From NCBI GenBank assembly GCA_046563655.1, contig CM102288.1, forward strand, positions 1,550,001 to 1,614,000: DNA of 64,000 bases. The letters run 5' to 3'. Numbering within the stretch: position 1 is the first letter of the stretch; each line of letters begins with the position of its first letter. The notes beneath the pieces are model-generated. The model saw only the letters and a list, made by a program, of their open reading frames with translations, was not told where the DNA came from and made no database searches. Shown one piece after another: positions 48,901 to 62,638 of the stretch. A program made the position numbers and the translations under genes. Source of the stretch: Yuukianura sp. NJ FZ-2021. Its lineage: Eukaryota.

Positions 48901-51900
48901 GATATTTTGCCTCGGAAAGCCCATCTGAAGTGAACCAAGCTCAATTTTTTCAAAAAATTCCATTTTTTTCATTGAAATCTCCCCAAAAAGTCATTCTGAG
49001 CTTTCTGAGAACTGAAAATTGCACTCCGATATTTTGCATCGGAAAGCCCATCTGAAGTGAACCAAGCTCAATTTTTGTCAAAAAATTCCATCTTTTTCGT
49101 TGAAAACTCCCCAAAAAGTCATTCTGAGCTATCTGAGAACTGAAAATTGCACTCCGATATTTTGCCTCGGAAAGCCCATCTGAAGTGAACCAAGCTCAAT
49201 TTTTGTCAAAAAATTAATTTTTTTCATTCAAGACTCACCAAAAAGTCATTCTAAGCTTTCTGAGAACTGAAAATTGCACTCAGATATTTTGCCTCGGAAA
49301 GCCCATCTGAAGTGAACCAAGCTCAATTTTTGTCAAAAAATTCCATTTTTTTCATTGAAAACTCCCCAAAAAGTCATTCTGAGCTATCTGAGAACTGAAA
49401 ATTGCACTCCGATATTTTGCCTCGGAAAGCCCATCTGAAGTGAACCAAGCTCAATTTTTTCAAAAAATTCCATTTTTTTCATTGAAATCTCCCCAAAAAG
49501 TCATTCTGAGCTTTCTGAGAACTGAAAATTGCACTCCGATATTTTGCCTCGGAAAGCCCATCTGAAGTGAACCAAGCTCAATTTTTGTCAAAAAATTAAT
49601 TTTTTTCATTCAAAACTCCCCAAAAAGTCATTCTGAGCTATCCGAGAACTGAAAATTGCACTCCGATATTTTGACTCGGAAAGCCCATCTGAAGTGAACC
49701 AAGCTCAATTTTTGTCAAAAAAATCCATTTTTTTCATTCAAGACTCCCCAAAAAGTCATTCTGAGCATTCTGAGAACTGAAAATTGCAATCCGATATTTT
49801 GCATCGGAAAGCCCATCTGAAGTGAACCAAGCTCAATTTTTGTCAAAAAATTAATTTTTTTCATTCAAGACTCCCCAAAAAGTCATTCTGAGCTTTCTGA
49901 GAACTGAAAATTGCACTCCGATATTTTGCCTCGGAAAGCCCATCTGAAGTGAACCAAGCTCAATTTTTGTCAAAAAATTCCATTTTTTTCATTCAAGACT
50001 CACCAAAAAGTCATTCTAAGCTTTCTGAGAACTGAAAATTGCACTCAGATATTTTGCCTCGGAAAGCCCATCTGAAGTGAACCAAGCTCAATTTTTGTCA
50101 AAAAATTAATTTTTTTCATTCAAGACTCCCCAAAAAGTCATTCTGAGCTTTCTGAGAACTGAAAATTGCACTCCGATATTTTGCCTCGGAAAGCCCATCT
50201 GAAGTGAACCAAGCTCAATTTTTGTCAAAAAATTAATTTTTTTCATTCAAGACTCCCCAAAAAGTCATTCTGAGCTTTCTGAGAACTGAAAATTGCACTC
50301 CGATATTTTGCCTCGGAAAGCCCATCTGAAGTGAACCAAGCTCAATTTTTGTCAAAAAATTCCATCTTTTTCGTTGAAAACTCCCCAAAAAGTCATTCTG
50401 AGCTATCTGAGAACTGAAAATTGCACTCCGATATTTTGCCTCGGAAAGCCCATCTGAAGTGAACCAAGCTCAATTTTTGTCAAAAAATTAATTTTTTTCA
50501 TTCAAAACTCCCCAAAAAGTCATTCTGAGCTTTCTGAGAACTGAAAATTGCACTCAGATATTTTGCCTCGGAAAGCCCATCTGAAGTGAACCAAGCTCAA
50601 TTTTTTCAAAAAATTCCATTTTTTTCATTGAAATCTCCCCAAAAAGTCATTCTGAGCTTTCTGAGAACTGAAAATTGCACTCCGATATTTTGCCTCGGAA
50701 AGCCCATCTGAAGTGAACCAAGCTCAATTTTTGTCAAAAAATTCCATTTTTTTCGTTGAAAACTCCCCAAAAAGTCATTCTGAGCTATCCGAGAACTGAA
50801 AATTGCACTCAGATATTTTGCCTCGGAAAGCCCATCTGAAGTGAACCAAGCTCAATTTTTGTCAAAAAATTAATTTTTTTCATTCAAGACTCCCCAAAAA
50901 GTCATTCTGAGCTTTCTGAGAACTGAAAATTGCACTCCGATATTTTGCCTCGGAAAGCCCATCTGAAGTGAACCAAGCTCAATTTTTGTCAAAAAATTCC
51001 ATTTTTTTCATTCAAAACTCCCCAAAAAGTCATTCTGAGCTTTCTGAGAACTGAAAATTGCACTCCGATATTTTGACTCGGAAAGCCCATCTGAAGTGAA
51101 CCAAGCTCAATTTTTGTCAAAAAAATCCATTTTTTTCATTCAAGACTCCCCAAAAAGTCATTCTGAGCATTCTGAGAACTGAAAATTGCACTCCGATATT
51201 TTGCCTCGGAAAGCCCATCTGAAGTGAACCAAGCTCAATTTTTGTCAAAAAATTAATTTTTTTCATTCAAGACTCCCCAAAAAGTCATTCTGAGCTTTCT
51301 GAGAACTGAAAATTGCACTCCGATATTTTGCCTCGGAAAGCCCATCTGAAGTGAACCAAGCTCAATTTTTGTCAAAAAATTCCATTTTTTTCATTCAAAA
51401 CTCCCCAAAAAGTCATTCTGAGCTTTCTGAGAACTGAAAATTGCACTCAGATATTTTGCCTCGGAAAGCCCATCTGAAGTGAACCAAGCTCAATTTTTGT
51501 CAAAAAATTAATTTTTTTCATTCAAGACTCCCCAAAAAGTCATTCTGAGCTTTCTGAGAACTGAAAATTGCACTCCGATATTTTGCCTCGGAAAGCCCAT
51601 CTGAAGTGAACCAAGCTCAATTTTTGTCAAAAAATTCCATTTTTTTCATTCAAAACTCCCCAAAAAGTCATTCTGAGCTTTCTGAGAACTGAAAATTGCA
51701 CTCCGATATTTTGCCTCGGAAAGCCCATCTGAAGTGAACCAAGCTCAATTTTTGTCAAAAAATTAATTTTTTTCATTCAAGACTCCCCAAAAAGTCATTC
51801 TGAGCTTTCTGAGAACTGAAAATTGCACTCCGATATTTTGCCTCGGAAAGCCCATCTGAAGTGAACCAAGCTCAATTTTTGTCAAAAAATTAATTTTTTC

Positions 51901-54900
51901 ATTCAAAACTCCCCAAAAAGTCATTCTGAGCTATCTGAGAACTGAAAATTGCACTCCGATATTTTGCCTCGGAAAGCCCATCTGAAGTGAACCAAGCTCA
52001 ATTTTTGTCAAAAAATTCCATTTTTTTCATTCAAAACTCCCCAAAAAGACATTCTGAGCTAATCTGAGAACTGAAAATTGCACTCAGATATTTTGCCTCG
52101 GAAAGCCCATCTGAAGTGAACCAAGCTCAATTTTTGTCAAAAAATTAATTTTTTTCATTCAAGACTCACCAAAAAGTCATTCTGAGCTTTCTGAGAACTG
52201 AAAAAATCACTCAGATATTTTGCCTCGGAAAGCCCATCTGAAGTGAACCAAGCTCAATTTTTGTCAAAAAATTCCATCTTTTTCATTGAAAACTCCCCAA
52301 AAAATCATTCTGAGCTATCCGAGAACTGAAAATTGCACTCCGATATTTTGACTCGGAAAGCCCATCTGAAGTGAACCAAGCTCAATTTTTGTCAAAAAAT
52401 TAATTTTTTTCATTCAAAACTCCCCAAAAAGTCATTCTGAGCATTCTGAGAACTGAAAATTGCAATCCGATATTTTGCATCGGAAAGCCCATCTGAAGTG
52501 AACCAAGCTCAATTTTTGTCAAAAAATTAATTTTTTTCATTCAAAACTCCCCAAAAAGTCATTCTGAGCTTTCTGAGAACTGAAAATTGCACTCCGATAT
52601 TTTGCCTCGGAAAGCCCATCTGAAGTGAACCAAGCTCAATTTTTTCAAAAAATTCCATTTTTTTCATTGAAATCTCCCCAAAAAGTCATTCTGAGCATTC
52701 TGAGAACTGAAAATTGCAATCCGAAATTTTGCATCGGAAAGCCCATCTGAAGTGAACCAAGCTCAATTTTTGTCAAAAAATTAATTTTTTCATTCAAGAC
52801 TCCCCAAAAAGTCATTCTGAGCTTTCTGAGAACTGAAAATTGCACTCCGATATTTTGCCTCGGAAAGCCCATCTGAAGTGAACCAAGCTCAATTTTTGTC
52901 AAAAAATTCCATTTTTTTCATTTAAAACTCCCCAAAAAGTCATTCTGAGCTTTCTGAGAACTGAAAATTGCACTCCGATATTTTGCCTCGGAAAGCCCAT
53001 CTGAAGTGAACCAAGCTCAATTTTTGTCAAAAAATTAATTTTTTTCATTCAAGACTCCCCAAAAAGTCATTCTGAGCTTTCTGAGAACTGAAAATTGCAC
53101 TCCGATATTTTGCCTCGGAAAGCCCATCTGAAGTGAACCAAGCTCAATTTTTGTCAAAAAATTAATTTTTTTCATTCAAGACTCCCCAAAAAGTCATTCT
53201 GAGCTTTCTGAGAACTGAAAATTGCACTCCGATATTTTGCCTCGGAAAGCCCATCTGAAGTGAACCAAGCTCAATTTTTGTCAAAAAATTCCATTTTTTT
53301 CATTGAAATCTCCCCAAAAAGTCATTCTGAGCTTTCTGAGAACTGAAAATTGCACTCCGATATTTTGCCTCGGAAAGCCCATCTGAAGTGAACCAAGCTC
53401 AATTTTTTCAAAAAATTCCATTTTTTTCATTGAAATCTCCCCAAAAAGTCATTCTGAGCTTTCTGAGAACTGAAAATTGCACTCCGATATTTTGCATCGG
53501 AAAGCCCATCTGAAGTGAACCAAGCTCAATTTTTGTCAAAAAATTCCATCTTTTTCGTTGAAAACTCCCCAAAAAGTCATTCTGAGCTATCCGAGAACTG
53601 AAAATTGCACTCAGATATTTTGCCTCGGAAAGCCCATCTGAAGTGAACCAAGCTCAATTTTTGTCAAAAAATTAATTTTTTTCATTCAAGACTCACCAAA
53701 AAGTCATTCTAAGCTTTCTGAGAACTGAAAATTGCACTCAGATATTTTGCCTCGGAAAGCCCATCTGAAGTGAACCAAGCTCAATTTTTGTCAAAAAATT
53801 CCATTTTTTTCATTGAAAACTCCCCAAAAAGTCATTCTGAGCTATCCGAGAACTGAAAATTGCACTCCGATATTTTGACTCGGAAAGCCCATCTGAAGTG
53901 AACCAAGCTCAATTTTTGTCAAAAAATTTCATTTTTTTCATTGAAATCTCCCCAAAAAGTCATTCTGAGCATTCTAAGAACTGAAAATTGCACTCCGATA
54001 TTTTGCATCGGAAAGCCCATCTGAAGTGAACCAAGCTCAATTTTTGTCAAAAAATTAATTTTTTTCATTCAAAACTCCCCAAAAAGTCATTCTGAGCTTT
54101 CTGAGAACTGAAAATTGCACTCAGATATTTTGCCTCGGAAAGCCCATCTGAAGTGAACCAAGCTCAATTTTTGTCAAAAAATTAATTTTTTTCATTGAAA
54201 ACTCCCCAAAAAGTCATTCTGAGCATTCTGAGATCTGAGAATTGCACTCCGATATTTTGCCTCGGAAAGCCCATCTGAAGTGAACCAAGCTCAATTTTTG
54301 TCAAAAAATTCCATCTTTTTCATTGAAAACTCCCCAAAAAATCATTCTGAGCTATCCGAGAACTGAAAATTGCACTCCGATATTTTGACTCGGAAAGCCC
54401 ATCTGAAGTGAACCAAGCTCAATTTTTGTCAAAAAAATCCATTTTTTTCATTCAAAACTCCCCAAAAAGTCATTCTGAGCATTCTGAGAACTGAAAATTG
54501 CACTCCGATATTTTGCCTCGGAAAGCCCATCTGAAGTGAACCAAGCTCAATTTTTGTCAAAAAATTAATTTTTTTCATTCAAGACTCCCCAAAAAGTCAT
54601 TCTGAGCATTCTGAGAACTGAAAATTGCACTCCGATATTTTGCCTCGGAAAGCCCATCTGAAGTGAACCAAGCTCAATTTTTGTCAAAAAATTCATTTTT
54701 TTCATTCAAAACTCCCCAAAAAGTCATTCTGAGCTATCTGAGAACTGAAAATTGCAATCCGATATTTTGCCTCGGAAAGCCCATCTGAAGTGAACCAAGC
54801 TCAATTTTTGTCAAAAAATTCCATTTTTTTCATTGAAAACTCCCCAAAAAGTCATTCTGAGCTATCTGAGAACTGAAAATTGCAATCCGATATTTTGCCT

Positions 54901-56623
54901 CGGAAAGCCCATCTGAAGTGAACCAAGCTCAATTTTTGTCAAAAAATTCCATTTGTTTCATTCAAAACTCCCCAAAAAGTCATTCTGAGCTATCTGAGAA
55001 CTGAAAATTGCACTCCGATATTTTGCCTCGGAAAGCCCATCTGAAGTGAACCAAGCTCAATTTTTGTCAAAAAATTAATTTTTTTCATTCAAAACTCCCC
55101 AAAAAGTCATTCTGAGCTATCTGAGAACTGAAAATTGCAATCCGTAATTTTGCCTCGGAAAGCCCATCTGAAGTGAACTAAGCTCAATTTTTGTCCAAAA
55201 AATCAATTTTGTTCATTGAGAACTCCCCAAAAAGACATTCTGAGCTATCTGAAAACTGAAAATTGCACTCCGATATTTTGCATCGGAAAGCCCATCTGAA
55301 GTGAACCAAGCTCAATTTTTGTCAAAAAATTAATTTTTTTCATTCAAGACTCCCCAAAAAGTCATTCTGAGCTATCCGAGAACTGAAAATTGCACTCCGA
55401 TATTTTGCCTCGGAAAGCCCATCTGAAGTGAACCAAGCTCAATTTTTGTCAAAAAATTCATTTTTTTCATTCAAAACTCCCCAAAAAGTCATTCTGAGCT
55501 ATCTGAGAACTGAAAATTGCATTCCGATATTTTGCCTCGGAAAGCCCATCTGAAGTGAACCAAGCTCAATTTTTGTCAAAAAATTAATTTTTTTCATTCA
55601 AGACTCCCCAAAAAGTCATTCTGAGCATTCTGAGAACTGAAAATTGCACTCCGATATTTTGCCTCGGAAAGCCCATCTGAAGTGAACCAAGCTCAATTTT
55701 TGTCCAAAAAAATTCATTTTTTTCATTCAAAACTCCCAAAAAGTCATTCTGAGCATTCTGAGAACTGAAAATTGCACTCCGATATTTTGCCTCGGAAAGC
55801 CCATCTGAAGTGAACCAAGCTCAATTTTTGTCAAAAAATTAATTTTTTTCATTCAAGACTCCCCAAAAAGTCATTCTGAGCTATCTGAGAACTGAAAATT
55901 GCACACCGATATTTTGCCTCGGAAAGCCCATCTGAAGTGAACCAAGCTCAATTTTTGTCAAAAAATTCATTTTTTTCGTTGAAAACTCCCCAAAAAGTCA
56001 TTCTGAGCTATCTGAGAACTGAAAATTGCACTCCGATATTTTGCCTCGGAAAGCCCATCTGAAGTGAACCAAGCTCAATTTTTGTCAAAAAATTCATTTG
56101 TTTCATTGAAAACTCCCCAAAAAGTCATTCTGAGCTATCTGAGAACTGAAAATTGCACTCCGATATTTTGCCTCGGAAAGCCCATCTGAAGTGAACCAAG
56201 CTCAATTTTTGTCAAAAAATTAATTTTTTTCATTCAAAACTCCAGAAAAAGTCATTTTGAGCTATCTGAGAACTGAAAATTGCACACCGATATTTTGCCA
56301 CGGAAAGCTCATTTGAAGTGAACTAAGCTCAATTTTTGTCAAAAATTAATTTTTTTTCATTCAAGACTCCCCAAAAAGTCATTCTGAGCATTCTGAGATC
56401 TGAAAATTGCACTCCGATATTTTGCCTCGGAAAGCCCATTTGAAGTGAACTAAGCTCAATTTTCGTCAAAAAAAATCATTTTTTTCATTCAAAACTCCCC
56501 AAAAAGACATTCTGAGCTATCTGAGAATTGAAAATTGCAATCCGTAATTTTGCATCGGAAAGCCCATTTGAAGTGAACCAAGCTCAATTTTTGTCAAAAG
56601 ATTCCATTTGTTTCGTTGAAAAC

Positions 56624-57226
56624 TGTTGAGAATTACTCAGCATTATCCCAAATGGGAATAGAAATAATTTTAATATCAAATTGAAAGTGGGTTTAGGTTT
56701 AAGTGAAAATGAAAGTAATTTTAATTTGGAAATAGAATTAGTTTTAATTTAGAAGTTTAGTTTGCCTCGCATGAGAGGAGAAGAGAAGAGACGGAAATTA
56801 AGATGAATCTAAATGTAACCAAAGGGTTAATGTTGATCCACTTGCAGTGGAATTAGAATCAAAGAGAAAGGGTTAGCGTCTACTTTTAATGTGTAAATAC
56901 TATCATTGTACTACTGAGTTGCGCACTAGAGTAAGTACAGTAGAGCGTCCGCAAAAGTCAACGCTTTCCATAAGGTAGAATCTCTCCCTCTTTTTACTAC
57001 AGAAAAGATACACCACAAGAAGAGAGTCTTCAAGTAGCTTTTGCAGAGGCAGCAACTTACACATAGATTCTCACCTGTCACTTGTCACTTTTCAGTTCTC
57101 ATTTTAAGCGCTTTTCAATTAGTAGTGTATAGAGTAATGTTAGGTTTCAAGTTTTATTATTAAATAAATGAATCAATTAGAAAACGTTCAGTGTTCAGAA
57201 TCTGGCATTCCATCCAACATTCTTCA
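56624..57226 (+). repeat. 5' LTR (603 bp)
   Basis: TGTTGAGAATTACTCAG...CCAACATTCTTCA; contains AATAAA near 57163. Confidence 0.97.
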
Positions 57227-57237
57227 TGGTGCCGAAA
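57227..57237 (+). promoter_or_regulatory. Primer-binding site complementary to the 3' end of tRNA-Phe
   Basis: TGGTGCCGAAA directly follows the 5' LTR. It is the reverse complement of ...UUUCGGCACCA, the conserved 3' end of animal tRNA-Phe(GAA). Confidence 0.75.
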
Positions 57238-57398
57238 GACGGTTACAGTGAGTCATAATCAATTCGACTGCCTGTTACACAAAGGATGACGAACCGATTT
57301 GGACATTGAACTGAAAGTGAGTGGACTTGAGTGCCCATAGTACCGTAACCACGGCGTCAGGAACGAGGTCAAAGGTCAAGGCAGCAAGCATATCCAAG

Positions 57399-60300
57399 AT
57401 GGCGGACAAGAGCGTTGATACTGGGACACCTAAGGCTGTTGCAGGAGTTGGAGCAGCAGGGACCAGCATTAGCATACTTCCGTCTACAGAAACAGAAGCA
57501 ATGAAGAAACTGGGAAGGTCACTCAAAGGATTTGGTATTGACCTCCAGTATTTCCATATGAAAATAGAGGAACTTGGGACTTCCTCAACTGCAGTCACAG
57601 GGGCTGCTGTAGCCATCGAACGTAAGAAACTTGAGAACTTTGAGTCTAAGTTGGGTTTGATTAGGCATGAGATTTACATGAATTGCGAAGACGATGAGGA
57701 ACTTCGTAAGCAAGCAAAGGAAATTAACATTTGTGACAAGTTCATTGAGAGAATTAGCTCAAAGCTGATTTCCATTGAGTCCAAGGCTGGAGTCTGCACC
57801 ACAGGGGGACAGAGCCAAACCAGTCAAATGAAGGTGAACATGCCCAAGTTGGAGTTGCCTACATTCAACGGAAAATACGAGGAATGGTTAAGTTACAGGG
57901 ACTTAATGCTTACCTATGTTGTGAATAATGCTTCTCTTTCAGGAAGCCAGAAATTAGGTTATCTACAACCAACCCTAAAGGGAGAGGCAGAGGAGACATT
58001 GAAGTACTTTGACCTCAGCAATGGATCATTCGAGGAGGCTTGGGAGACGTTAAAGGAGCGTTATGAAAACCCTCGTCAAATTACATTTGCATTTTTGCAA
58101 AAAATGGTTAACTTCAAGCCAATTGCGCAGGAGACTCCTCAGTCTTTGCGTAAATTATTGGATGTCTTTAACATGTCCATTAGACAACTGCAGGTTCTGA
58201 AGGAGCCTGTGGATCAATGGGATTCCATACTAATTTTTCTCATTTTAGAAAAACTTTCTCCAGAAACTAAAAAGGAATGGACAAAGAATTTCAAGGGAAC
58301 AAGCATGCCAGCATTTTCGGAGGTCAAGGACTTCCTGGAGGATCATTTAAGATCACTCAATGTCACGTCTGGTGAGAAGTCGCGTACTGACAGTCAGAAG
58401 GCGGTTGACAAAAACAAGGAAAGGAAGGTGCACACTGTGTCAGGCAGTCACCCAAAGCCATGTCTTAAGTGTTCTGGAGAGCATGGATTGTTCAAATGTC
58501 CAGAATTTGGGGCCATGCCTCAAGATCAAAGAGAAAAATATGTCCGAACTAATAAACTTTGTTTGAATTGTTTAAGGCCGGCGCATACTGCAGAAAATTG
58601 TCGTGCTCCTTTCACTTGTGGCAAGTGTAAGAAGAAGCACAATACACTTCTCCATCGTGAGAAACCACAACCAAGGTCAGAAAGTCAACCAAGGTCGGAA
58701 GGTCAACAGGGAACTTCCACTGCAGCCAATCATTGCGCAGGCGCACGGGTTGTTTTGGCCACAGCCATTGTCAATGTGCAAAATTCCCTTGGAGATCTTC
58801 AGAGTTGTCGAGTGCTACTCGATCAAGGTTCGGAATCTAATTTCATTTCAGAACGATGTGTGAAATTTTTAGGTTTGAATCGTCGTGGAACTGACGTCAG
58901 AATCACAGGGATTTCTGGAGCCATGGTGCAGAGGGCACTTGGGGAAACGTCATTCCAAATTGAGTCAATGGCAAAAAATTATAAGTTCACTGTTAATGCT
59001 TTGATTTTACCCAAAGTAACAGGTACATTGCCGTCATTTCAAATTAATCCGAGTGATTGGACATTTTTGGACGAATTGGAGTTGGCCGATCCGGAATTCT
59101 ATAAACCAAATGACATTGACATTTTGATTGGAGGAGAATTCGTGGCTCGGCTCAAAACTGGTAAAAAGGTTCAAGGAGACCTTAATCATCCAGTAGCAGA
59201 AGAAACGGAACTCGGTTGGGTAATTTCCGGTCCAGTCAAACCAGGCCGTGTGGTGAGTGTGAACCACGCTTTAGTGGAAACTAATCAGATTTTGCAGAAA
59301 TTTTGGGAATTGGAGAATGTCCCAAACCACCAGCCACTGACAACAGAGGAGAAAGCCGCCGAGGCACATTTCGTAGCCACTCACTCCAGGAATGATGACG
59401 GAAGGTATGTTGTCAAGTTGCCATTTAAACAGAATTGCCAAAATTTAGGTTCATCCCGAGAAATAGCCCTGAGACGGCTTTACGGAATTGAACGGAGATT
59501 AGAAAAACATCCAGAACACAAGGTCGAGTACCGTAAGTTCATGACTAATTATGTTGAACTTGGTCACATGGTCCAGGTTCCCAAGTTGGGGGCAGGTGAG
59601 GTGATGGGAGTAACCAATTATTTGCCACATCACTTTGTGCTCAAGGACACCAGCTCCACTACCAAATTGAGAGTCGTATTCGACGGCTCTGCAGAAACGA
59701 GCAATGGAATATCGCTTAACAAATGTCTAATGGTCGGTCCGACCGTACAAAAGGACATATTTTCACATTTGCTAAATTTCAGGTCAAAATCCATTGCTCT
59801 AAAGGCGGACATAGTCAAAATGTACCGTCAGTTTCTGGTTCATCCATTGGACCAAGACAAACAACGGATTCTCTGGAGAGACAGTCCGAAAGATGAAATT
59901 CAAGAATTCCGATTGACTACAGTCACCTATGGCACAAGTTCAGCACCTTTTCATGCTGTCAGATGCTTAAATCAACTTGCTGAGGATGAGGGACTTAAAT
60001 TCCCACGAGCAGCTGAGGTAATCAAAAATGATTTTTATGTTGATGATCTATTAACAGCAGTTGATACTTCAACGGAGGCCAGTCAGTTGATAACTGAGTT
60101 GAGCAGTACTCTAAGCCTTGGATGCTTGGAAATATCAAAATTCGATTCCAACTCGAAAGAGGCACTTAAAGATGTTCCTGAGGACAGAAGAGGCAAAAAT
60201 GATCAATTCAGTGACCTTGACGTGGACAGGGTCTTAGGAGTCTGCTGGGATTCAAATGTCGATGAATTCCACTTCCGTGGATTCTCACCTCAGCCAATTG

Positions 60301-62638
60301 GGATTCTAACCAAAAGAATCATTTTGTCTAACATTTCTCGTGTTTTTGATCCTCTAGGATTTTTAAGTCCTCTAACTGTGACAATTAAGATTTATTTTCA
60401 GGAATTATGGGAGCATGATCACAGGGGTCAGAAGCTCAAATGGGATGATGAAATCCCAACAGAATTACAGCAGCCCTGGAGAGAGTACATTGACGGGTTA
60501 AGTAAAATTAAATTGATTAAAATCCCCAGATTCTTAGGTTTAGGTGGGGCCAGCCAAGTAGAAGTGCATGGATTTTCGGATTCGTCTGAACATGCTTACT
60601 GTGCTGCAGTCTACATCAGATGTACTCTCCCGGACGGATCAATTGTTACAAACTTAGCAGCAGCAAAAACGAAAGTGGCTCCTGCCAAGCAAGTCAGTCT
60701 CCCAAGATTGGAACTGTGTGGGGCACTTCTGCTGTCAAGGTTGATTCCCAAGGTAATGGAATCACTTAATCTAAAATGTTCTATTTCAGCTTGGTCAGAC
60801 AGTGAAACTGTTCTGAAATGGATTCGAATTCATCTCGTCGTTTCGTCACGTTCGTTGCGAACCGAGTTGCTGAAATACAAGAAGTTCTACCTATGGAATC
60901 CTGGAATTTCGTACCAGGAATAGAAAATCCAGCTGATCTTGGCACTAGAGGAATCTGTGCAGAGGATTTAGCAAATTCATCATTTTGGTGGAAGGGACCA
61001 CTATGGTTAAGTGACCCAATGATACCTAATTTTGAGCCAGGGGGCAAGGTGAGTGAGCCTCCTGACTTAGAATTACGAAAGGTAAAGGTTAATTTGTCAA
61101 TTATTGAGCTGAATTTCATGTTGAGGTTTTCAATCCTCATGAGGCTTAATCGTGCAGTGGCATATGCCACAAGATTTATATTCAATTGTAGGAACAAGAA
61201 GTTGGGTCAAAGTCACACTGGAGACTTAACGGTAGCAGAAACTCACTCTGCATTCATGGTTTGTGTCAGATCCGCCCAATGGGATGACTTTTGGGAAGAG
61301 ATCACATTACTACAGAAGGGGAAACCAATTGGTAAGAGTAGTTCCATAAGTTCACTAAATCCGTTTTTAGATCAAGAAGGTGTACTGAGAGTCGGAGGCA
61401 GACTCCAGAATTCGGAAGCTCCAGATGAGCAGAAACACCAGATTATCATCAGTGGACATCATTATTTGACACAACTAATCATTATGGACTACCACCGTAA
61501 GTTTCATCATGCCAATTATCAATTGCTCTGGTCCAATCTGTCGAGACGATTTTGGATCATTCGTGCCCGAGTGGCCATTCGGAACATGATTCGGAGCTGC
61601 CTTCGTTGCAAGAGAATGAAGGCAAAAGTCACAGAACAACTAATGGGTAGCCTGCCCAAGGCCAGAGTCACTCCTTCGTCACCATTTAATCACTGTGGAG
61701 TTGACTATGCTGGACCGACTAAGCTCCAAGAAAAATACGGACGTGGGAAACGACAATTCAATGCCTATTTTTGCATCTTCGTTTGTTTCACCACCAAAGC
61801 AGTTCACCTTGAGCCGGTGACTGATCTTACTACAGAGGCTTTTATAGCCACTTTGAAAAGATTCATTTCCAGGAGGGGCCTGAGTACTAATATTTATTCT
61901 GATTGTGGGTCTAATTTTGTTGGTGCTGCTAATGAGTTGAAAGAGTGGCACTCAATAATTTCAAATTCTAAAATATTTGATTTTTTATCATTTCAGGGAA
62001 TTCAGTGGCATCTGAATCCACCTGATGCACCCCACATGGGAGGAATCTGGGAAGCAGGCGTGAAGTCTGCCAAATACCACATTAAGAGGGTCGTGGGAAC
62101 AACTACATTGACCCTGGAGGAGTACTACACACTGCTGACTTCAGTGGAAGCTGTTCTCAATTCTCGTCCGATTTGTGCTAAGAGCCAAGATCCAGGAGAC
62201 TACGAGGCACTAACCCCAGGCCATTTTCTCATTGGGAAGCCTCTGATGTCAATTCCAGAACTGGATCTACGAGAAATTCGAGAGAACCGTCTTTCCCGTT
62301 GGCAGAGAGTCCAGCAGATGACTCAACATTTTTGGAAGCGCTGGAGCGCAGAATACGTAAATACACTCCAACAGAGGAACAAATGGAAGACAAAAGATGA
62401 CAATTTGAAAATCGGAGATCTCGTGCTGATAAAAGATGAAGATACTCCGCCTCTGAATTGGAAATTAGCAAGAATTTCAGCTGTATTTCCTGGTGAAGAT
62501 GGGCTTGTTCGTACTGTGGAAGTTACTTGGAAGTCAGCTGAGCTCAATCACAAGGGTGAAATCATCAAACAGAAAGATCATGTCTTCAAACGTCCAGTTG
62601 TAAGAATTTGCAAATTATTAGACAAGGAAGATTTGTAA
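57399..62638 (+). CDS. BEL/Pao Gag-Pol polyprotein, broken by a 1-nt deletion at about 60823-60825 (ORF track 57321-60923 plus 60818-62638)
   Basis: Gag KLELPTFNGKYEEWLSY; three Cys/His knuckles (CLKCSGEHGLFKC, CLNCLRPAHTAENC, CGKCKKKHNTLLH); protease LLDQGS; RT KLRVVFDGS and FYVDDLL; RNase H HGFSDSSEHAYCAAVY and SLPRLELCGA; integrase HRKFHH...CLRC, GVDYAGP, YSDCGSNFVG, GGIWEAGVKS. First in-frame ATG is 57399. Confidence 0.95.

Larger units (their letters stand above)
40180..56623. repeat. Satellite DNA array, 127-128-bp monomer, roughly 118 copies (interrupted at 41579-42967)
   Basis: Monomer TTCAAAACTCCCCAAAAAGTCATTCTGAGCT(A/T)TCTGAGAACTGAAAATTGCACTCCGATATTTTGCCTCGGAAAGCCCATCTGAAGTGAACCAAGCTCAATTTTTGTCAAAAAATT(AA/CCA)TTTTTTTCA. 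ACCAAG recurs at 40801, 40928 and 41055. Copy number is estimated from length. Confidence 0.98.

Noticed and set aside
44255..52902. Short ORFs MTKIELGSLQMGFP... (44255-44503, 52645-52902)
   Set aside because: Chance read-through of satellite monomers where a 126-bp unit keeps frame.
40180..56623. CRISPR array, or satellite-encoded hammerhead ribozyme
   Set aside because: There are no unique spacers, only whole-unit tandem repeats in eukaryotic DNA. No CUGANGA core was found on either strand (closest is CTGAAGTG).
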